This document shows positions 58,367-64,000 of a stretch of DNA of 64,000 bases, piece after piece. The stretch covers positions 2,084-66,083 of the forward strand of contig DATARD010000380.1 in the NCBI GenBank assembly GCA_036264355.1, given 5' to 3'. The notes under the pieces are model-generated. The model was not told the DNA's origin, did no database searches, and was given only the letters and a program-made list of their open reading frames with translations. Positions within the stretch are counted from its first letter, which is position 1, and each line of letters starts with the position of its first letter. This DNA is from Thermoanaerobaculia bacterium (GTDB lineage: Bacteria; Acidobacteriota; Thermoanaerobaculia; Multivoradales; UBA5704). Made by a program: the position numbers and the translations under genes.

Positions 58367-59903
58367 ATGGGCAGACACTTCAGCCGGGAAGCCCTGCTGC
58401 GGCTTCTTCGCGGGCCGGCCAGCGAGGCCGAGACGACGCGCGCCATCCGGCATGTGATGGAGTGCCGCCACTGCCGGAGGGTCGGGGCCGAGTGCCTGCT
58501 TCAGGAGAAGGTGGGAGATGTCCGCAACCCTCTCGTGGCGATCCTCCAGGCGGACGCGAACGGTTGGATCGAGGACATGGAGGCCGGGATTTGGTGGAAC
58601 GAGATCAAAGACCTCGGCCCGGAAAGCCAAATCACCAAGATCCGTTCGACCGCTGCCCTGCAGAGCCTGCAGGTGTTCGAGGAGATTCTGGCCGACACGA
58701 GAACCACAGCTCTCTCGGACCCCTTCCTCGGAGAGAGCAAGGCACGTGTCGCTCTAGTGGTCGCGGATCTCCTTCCGGAGCCCCACAATCCGAGGGCCCT
58801 CAAGAATGACCTCCGGGGAAAAGCCATGATGGCCGCCGCGAACTGCCGCCGGCTCGCGGCGGATTTCCCGGGTGCGGCCTCGGCGATCGAAGAGTCGCGG
58901 CGCTATTTGGCTCAGGGCACGGGAGATCCGGGCCTGAAGGCCGGGCTCCTCTCGATCCACTGCTCTTTGTGCACCGATCTCGGTGATTTCGAAAAGGCAC
59001 TGGCCTGCGTCCGCCGAGCTGTGAAAATCTTCCGGGAGTTGGAGGATTGGCAGGCTCTCGCGCACAACGCCGTCCTGGAGGCTAACTGTCTGCTCGCCGC
59101 CAACCAGACGGCGGAAGCGATCGAGAGAGCCCACTTCGCCCTTGAGCGCATGCCGCTCCATGAGACACGGCTTGAGGTTCTGGCGAAGCTCATCCTCGCC
59201 GAGGGCCTCATCATCTTGGAACGGCCTCTGGAGGCGCGCCCACATCTCGCAGACGCAAACTCACTCTGCAAGAAGTCGCAGCTCGGGTTGCAGCTTCTGG
59301 CCCTCTCGGTCGAAGCGCGTCTTCTGGACGCCCTCGGCAGCGTAAGGGAATCGGAAAAGCTCTTTCGCCAGACGGTGAAGGCCTTCTTTGACCAGGAGAT
59401 GTACAAGCAGGCCTTCCTCACCCTGCTGACCCTCTTCGAATGCCTCGTCCGCCGCGGCGCGCTCGACAAGGCCGCGGCTCTCTGCGAGGAGGCGATCGCC
59501 GCGACATCGCAGACGGGAGAGGCGTGCAACGAGCAGATCCGGCGGGCCTGGGAGGAGCTTCTGGCCACGGTGCGGGTGCGCCAGCTCAGCGAGAGCGAGC
59601 TGAGTCAGGCACGGCAGTATCTCGTCCGCAACTGGAGCGTGGCGGCCGGCACGTTTCCGGCTCCCGCGGGTGGAGGCCGGCCCGCCATGGCCTCCCTCCC
59701 CTCCCGAGCTCCCGCCGCCTCCACCCTTGCCGGACACGGAGGCCTCGGCGCCCGCCAGCTTTCCGGAGGCCCGCGAAGAGTACGACCGGCGGCTCGTTAC
59801 GGCGGCCCTGGAAAAGGCCGGCGGCAACCTCAGCGAGGCCAGCCGCCTGCTCGGGATCTCCCGCAACACGCTCAAGGCACGGCTGCGTCAGTACGGGCTG
59901 TAA
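58367..59903 (+). pseudogene. TPR-containing regulator with N-terminal Cys/His motif and C-terminal Fis-type HTH, interrupted by an apparent frameshift
   Basis: ORF 58367..59938 carries HVMECRHCRRVGAEC and TPR-like helices but ends in Arg/Gly/Pro-rich junk. The overlapping frame (open from 59604, ORF 59670..59903) ends in EEYDRRLVTAALEKAGGNLSEASRLLGISRNTLKARLRQYGL. Confidence 0.55.
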
Positions 59904-60034
59904 GCGCCATGGCTTGCTTCCCGCTGTTGCCGATGTAGCATCCTGGCTCAGGGCTTGCTTGTCTCCGAGACGGTCTTGCGCCGTGTCTCACCCGTGCTAT
60001 AGGATGCCGCCGAGCTTGTGACGACTTTCACAAA

Positions 60035-60706
60035 GTGAGCGCCAGTCTCATGCAGATCTTCCATCGCAGCACGAATACGATCGCCAAGGTCAGCATCTTC
60101 GGAGCGATCTTTTTCCTCGGCTTCTTCGGCTGGGTCTACTCCGAGCTGCTGCGTTCGCCCTATGCGACAGGCCAGGGGGTGGTGCGCAACCAGCCGGTGC
60201 CGTTCAGCCATCAGCACCACGTCGCGGGCCTGGGGATCGATTGCCGGTACTGCCACACGTCGGTGGAGAGGTCGAATTTCGCCGGCATTCCGCCGACCGA
60301 GACGTGCATGAACTGCCATCGCCAGATCTGGACCAACGCCGACCTCCTGGAGCCGGTCCGTTCGAGCTACGCGAACGGCACGCCGATCCAGTGGGTGCGC
60401 CTGAACGATCTGCCGGACTACGTCTACTTCAATCACAGCGTGCATGTGGCCAAGGGCGTCGGCTGCGTCACCTGCCATGGGTCGGTCGATCACATGCCGC
60501 TGATGTTCCAGCACGCCTCGTTGCAGATGGAGTGGTGCCTGAGCTGCCATCGCAATCCGGGACCGAACCTGCGGCCGCGGGAGGAAGTGTTCAACGTGAG
60601 CTGGCAGCCTCCCGCCGATCCGGACGCAGCCACGGCGTTGCAGGAGAAGCTGGTCAAGGACTATGACGTCAAGTCGCTGACGAGTTGCTCGACGTGCCAC
60701 CGCTGA
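60035..60706 (+). CDS. actA: Alternative complex III subunit ActA, pentahaem cytochrome c
   Basis: One N-terminal TM helix and five CxxCH motifs (CRYCH, CMNCH, CVTCH, CLSCH, CSTCH). Start is GTG 60035 or ATG 60050. Confidence 0.85.
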   Translation: MSASLMQIFHRSTNTIAKVSIFGAIFFLGFFGWVYSELLRSPYATGQGVVRNQPVPFSHQHHVAGLGIDCRYCHTSVERSNFAGIPPTETCMNCHRQIWTNADLLEPVRSSYANGTPIQWVRLNDLPDYVYFNHSVHVAKGVGCVTCHGSVDHMPLMFQHASLQMEWCLSCHRNPGPNLRPREEVFNVSWQPPADPDAATALQEKLVKDYDVKSLTSCSTCHR

Positions 60707-60740
60707 CGCTTGCCCCCAGACGACGAGAGAGCGAGATCTG

Positions 60741-63700
60741 ATGGACAGCGACCATGGAACGAAAGGCAAGTGCGAGGCCGAGGCGTCTCGCCGGCCCGGG
60801 GAGCGCGCGCCGCTCGACCTTGAGACCTTGCGCGAGGGCCTGCGCACGAAGCGGGGGCCGGAGCTCTGGCGCAGTCTCGACGAGCTTGCCGCGACGGCCG
60901 AGTTCGAGGAGCTGCTGCACCGCGAGTTTCCGCGCCAGGCTTCGGAATGGCCGGAGGGGGTCTCCCGCCGCGGCTTTTTGCAACTGGCCGGCGCCTCACT
61001 GGCGCTCGCCGGCTTGACCGCCTGCACCAGGCAGCCGATCGAGAAGATCGTCCCATATGTCCGCCAGCCGGAGCAGGTGATCCCCGGCCGGCCGCTGTTC
61101 TTCGCCACCGCGCTGACCCACGCCGGCTATGCGCTGGGCGTGCTGGCCGAGAGCCACCTCGGACGGCCGACGAAGATCGAAGGCAATCCGGATCATCCCG
61201 CGAGCCTCGGGGCGGCCGACGCGTTCCGCCAGGCCGCCGTGCTCTGCCTCTACGATCCGTCGCGCTCGCAGACGCTCTCCAAGAACGGCCGCACCGGCAC
61301 CTGGAGCGGCTTCGCGAGCGACGTCAACGCCGCCCTGCGTGCCCGCCAGCCGTTTGGCGGCGACGGGTTGCGCATCCTCTCCGGCACGGTGACCTCGCCG
61401 ACGCTCGAAGCCCAGATCAAGCAGCTCCTCAGCCGCTTCCCGAAGGCGCGCTGGCACCGCTGGGAGCCGGCCGGGCCGCACCACGAGCGCGCCGCGCAGG
61501 TGCGCGCTTTCGGCCGCCCGGTGGAGGTGCGCCACGACTTCTCGAAGGCCGACGTGGTCGTCGCGTTCGACTCCGAGGCACTGACCCAGGGACCAGGCAG
61601 CGTCCGCGCCTCCCGCGACTTCGCGGCGAAGCGGCGCGTGCAGACGGCCCAGCCGCAGATGAGCCGCGTCTATTGCATCGAGAGCGGTCCGACCAGCACG
61701 GCGACGGTGAGCGACCACCGGTTGCAGCTCCCGCCGGCCGAGATCGAAGCGTTCATCGCCGCCCTGGCGCAGGCGGTCGGAGCCTCGCCGTCCGGGAGCG
61801 AGCTGGTGACCGATCCGCATGTCAAGCCGTGGGTGGACGCGATCGCGGAGGACCTGAAGGCGCATCATGGCGCCTCCCTGGTGACCGGCGGCGAGCATCT
61901 CTCGCCCGCGGCGCTGGTACTGATCCATGCGATCAACGGCGCGCTGGGGAATGTCGGATCGACGATCGTCTACACCGAGCCGGTGGACGCCGATCCGGTC
62001 GATCATGTCGCTTCGCTGCGCGAGCTGACCTCCGACATGGCCGCCGGCCGCGTCGACATGCTGCTCCTGCTCGGCGGCGTCAATCCGGTGTACACGGCGC
62101 CGGCCGATCTCGAGTTCGCCAAGGCGTTGCAGAAGGTCGAGATGTCGATCCACCACGGCCTCTATGAGGACGAGACCTCGCGCTACTGCCGCTGGCACAT
62201 CCCGGCGGCGCACGAGCTCGAAGCCTGGGGCGACGCCCGCGCGTACGACGGCACGGCGAGCGTCATCCAGCCGTTGATCGAGCCGCTGTTCGAAGGCAAG
62301 AGCGAGATCGAGGTGCTGGCCGCCTTCAACAACCGCCCGGACGCCGCGGGGCACGACGAGGTGCAGACGTATTGGAAGACCAAGCTCCCCGGTGGAGCTG
62401 GTGGCTTCGATACCGCGTGGCGCCAAGTGCTGCACGACGGCCTGGTGGCGAACACCCAGGCGGCGCCGGTCAGCGTGACGGCTGCGGGTCCTGCCGCGGC
62501 GGCGGGAGCCGGGGAGATCGCCGCGGCGGTGCAGCAGGCGCGCGCGCGGAAAGACGCCGTCACGCTGCTCTTCCGTCCCGATCCGACGATCTACGACGGC
62601 CGCTACGCCGCCAACGTCTGGCTCCAGGAGATGCCCAAGCCGCTCACCAAGCTGACCTGGGACAACGCGCTGGTGATCGGTCCGAAGACCGCCGAGCGGC
62701 TCGGCCTGCGCGTCGAGGAGACCGTCGAGCTGACCGTCGGCAGCCGCAAGACCGGCGCGGCGGTCTGGATCCTTCCCGGCCAGGCGGAGAACACCGCCGT
62801 GCTCACCCTCGGCTACGGCCGCGCCGAGACCGCGCACGGCCGGGCGGACGGCGGCGCCGGGTTCAACGCCTATGCGCTGCGCACCTCCGACGCGCTGTGG
62901 GCGGTGCCGGTCGAGATCCGCCGCATCGGCGAGCGCTACCCGTTCGCCTGCACGCAGAACCACCACGCGCTCGATCCGCAGGGCAACGAGACCAAGCTGG
63001 CGAGCGAGGAGGCGGAGCGCCGCCACGTGATCCGCAAGACCACGCTCGCCGCGTTGCAGCAGGACCCGCAGGTGATCCAGAAGGAGCGCGAGAAGCCGGC
63101 GGCCGGCGAGACCCTGTATCCGGCCTGGAAGTACCCGGGCCACGCCTGGGGCATGGCGATCGACTTGAACGTCTGCACCGGCTGCAACGCCTGCGTCACC
63201 GCCTGCCAGGCCGAGAACAACATCCCGGTGGTGGGCAAGGAGCAGGTGCTGGCCGGCCGCGAGATGCACTGGCTGCGCATCGACCGCTATTTCGAAGGGG
63301 ACCTCGACGCGCCGGCGATCCATCACCAGCCGGTGCCTTGCATGCACTGCGAGAACGCCCCCTGCGAAGTGGTCTGCCCGGTGCAGGCGACCTCGCACAG
63401 CGACGAGGGGCTGAACGACATGGTGTACAACCGCTGTGTCGGCACCCGCTACTGCTCCAACAACTGCCCCTATAAAGTGCGGCGGTTCAACTTCCTGCGC
63501 TACAGCGACCGCGAGAGCCCGCTCGCCGCCATGCTCTACAACCCGGACGTCACCGTGCGCATGCGCGGCGTCATGGAGAAGTGCACCTACTGCGTGCAGC
63601 GCATCGAGCAGGCGAAGATCGAAGCCAAAATTGAGGATGCCGGCGCGCCGGAGGCCGGGCCGCACAAGATTCCGGCCGGCAAGCTGCAGACCGCCTGTCA

Positions 63701-63899
63701 GCAGTCGTGCCCGACGCAGGCCATCGTGTTCGGCGACATCAACGATCCGCAGTGGGAGGTCAGCCAGTGGAAAGCCGATCCCCGCAACTACGGCCTGCTC
63801 GAAGAGCTGAACACTCGGCCGCGCACGACCTATCTGGCCAAGGTGCGCAACCCCAATCCGCGGCTCGAGCCGACGAGGACTCCGCATGGCGATTCTTGA
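60741..63899 (+). CDS. actB: Alternative complex III subunit ActB (molybdopterin-oxidoreductase-like domain fused to a 4Fe-4S domain)
   Basis: Tat signal SRRGFLQLAGASLALAGL. C-terminal clusters CTGCNACVTAC, CMHCENAPCEVVCP, CSNNCPYKVRRFN and CTYCVQRI. Confidence 0.9.
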   Translation: MDSDHGTKGKCEAEASRRPGERAPLDLETLREGLRTKRGPELWRSLDELAATAEFEELLHREFPRQASEWPEGVSRRGFLQLAGASLALAGLTACTRQPIEKIVPYVRQPEQVIPGRPLFFATALTHAGYALGVLAESHLGRPTKIEGNPDHPASLGAADAFRQAAVLCLYDPSRSQTLSKNGRTGTWSGFASDVNAALRARQPFGGDGLRILSGTVTSPTLEAQIKQLLSRFPKARWHRWEPAGPHHERAAQVRAFGRPVEVRHDFSKADVVVAFDSEALTQGPGSVRASRDFAAKRRVQTAQPQMSRVYCIESGPTSTATVSDHRLQLPPAEIEAFIAALAQAVGASPSGSELVTDPHVKPWVDAIAEDLKAHHGASLVTGGEHLSPAALVLIHAINGALGNVGSTIVYTEPVDADPVDHVASLRELTSDMAAGRVDMLLLLGGVNPVYTAPADLEFAKALQKVEMSIHHGLYEDETSRYCRWHIPAAHELEAWGDARAYDGTASVIQPLIEPLFEGKSEIEVLAAFNNRPDAAGHDEVQTYWKTKLPGGAGGFDTAWRQVLHDGLVANTQAAPVSVTAAGPAAAAGAGEIAAAVQQARARKDAVTLLFRPDPTIYDGRYAANVWLQEMPKPLTKLTWDNALVIGPKTAERLGLRVEETVELTVGSRKTGAAVWILPGQAENTAVLTLGYGRAETAHGRADGGAGFNAYALRTSDALWAVPVEIRRIGERYPFACTQNHHALDPQGNETKLASEEAERRHVIRKTTLAALQQDPQVIQKEREKPAAGETLYPAWKYPGHAWGMAIDLNVCTGCNACVTACQAENNIPVVGKEQVLAGREMHWLRIDRYFEGDLDAPAIHHQPVPCMHCENAPCEVVCPVQATSHSDEGLNDMVYNRCVGTRYCSNNCPYKVRRFNFLRYSDRESPLAAMLYNPDVTVRMRGVMEKCTYCVQRIEQAKIEAKIEDAGAPEAGPHKIPAGKLQTACQQSCPTQAIVFGDINDPQWEVSQWKADPRNYGLLEELNTRPRTTYLAKVRNPNPRLEPTRTPHGDS

Positions 63900-64000
63900 C
63901 GACGGCGCGGCTCTCCAGTCGCCCGAGAAGCCCTACAAGACGCCGATCGTGGCCCCCGGCCACACGACGGCCACGGTGACCGACAAGATCAGCTCGGTCG
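63886..64000 (+). CDS. actC: Alternative complex III subunit ActC (NrfD-like), N-terminal 38 aa only
   Basis: My own translation: MAILDDGAALQSPEKPYKTPIVAPGHTTATVTDKISSV. It overlaps the actB stop by 14 nt and continues beyond the window. Confidence 0.65.
   Translation, partial: MAILDDGAALQSPEKPYKTPIVAPGHTTATVTDKISSV

Overview
Visibly high-GC chromosomal segment from a diderm bacterium. The gene content (LptD, a BamE-like lipoprotein, alternative complex III actABC, giant BNR/sortilin-like proteins, many TPR proteins) fits an Acidobacteriota-like lineage, but I cannot place it without a database search. I count about 60 credible protein genes and one elongator-type tRNA(CAU). There is no rRNA, no CRISPR array, no integrase and no reverse transcriptase. 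All product calls rest on motif recognition in the supplied translations, not on searches.

Housekeeping blocks:
- topA (5' truncated), rpsU, an Slt-type lytic transglycosylase, yggS-divIVA, hutI and two tandem FKBP PPIases.
- mltG-ruvX, a thiolase and lptD.
- An NDP-sugar/SDR cluster, followed by a prenol-kinase fusion and a UbiA prenyltransferase.
- actA-actB-actC (3' truncated).

Accessory patches:
1. 4.0-7.8 kb. A low-GC insertion is bracketed by a 78-bp duplication of the 3' end of a radical SAM gene. An XRE-ImmA/IrrE plus PIN-like pair lies next to it.
2. 24.5-28.1 kb. An AbiEii-like nucleotidyltransferase module and a DUF4258/DUF2283 pair.
3. 28.2-32.4 kb. An Arn/Lgm-like lipid-linked sugar modification cluster.
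4. 33.2-36.5 kb. A DUF4143 ATPase, an RHH-HNH pair, an orphan antitoxin with a decayed RelE-like toxin, and a strictly 21-bp-phased repeat array.
5. 50.2-59.9 kb, the most unusual region. It holds:
   - an Rpn-family nuclease;
   - two tandem paralogous proteins, each built from an internally duplicated CPxCP-ending domain;
   - a nested inverted-repeat element;
   - a STAND NTPase-TPR protein with a possibly degenerate cyclase-like N-terminus;
   - a non-coding 41-bp tandem array;
   - a 258-bp tandem module that encodes twice a 38-aa leader-bearing peptide with duplicated DAGxRFDxxG motifs;
   - a frameshifted TPR / Fis-HTH regulator.

I regard the small-peptide modules and the duplicated-domain/STAND cluster as the best candidates for an undescribed system. 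Many long alternative-frame and antisense ORFs in the track are high-GC artefacts.
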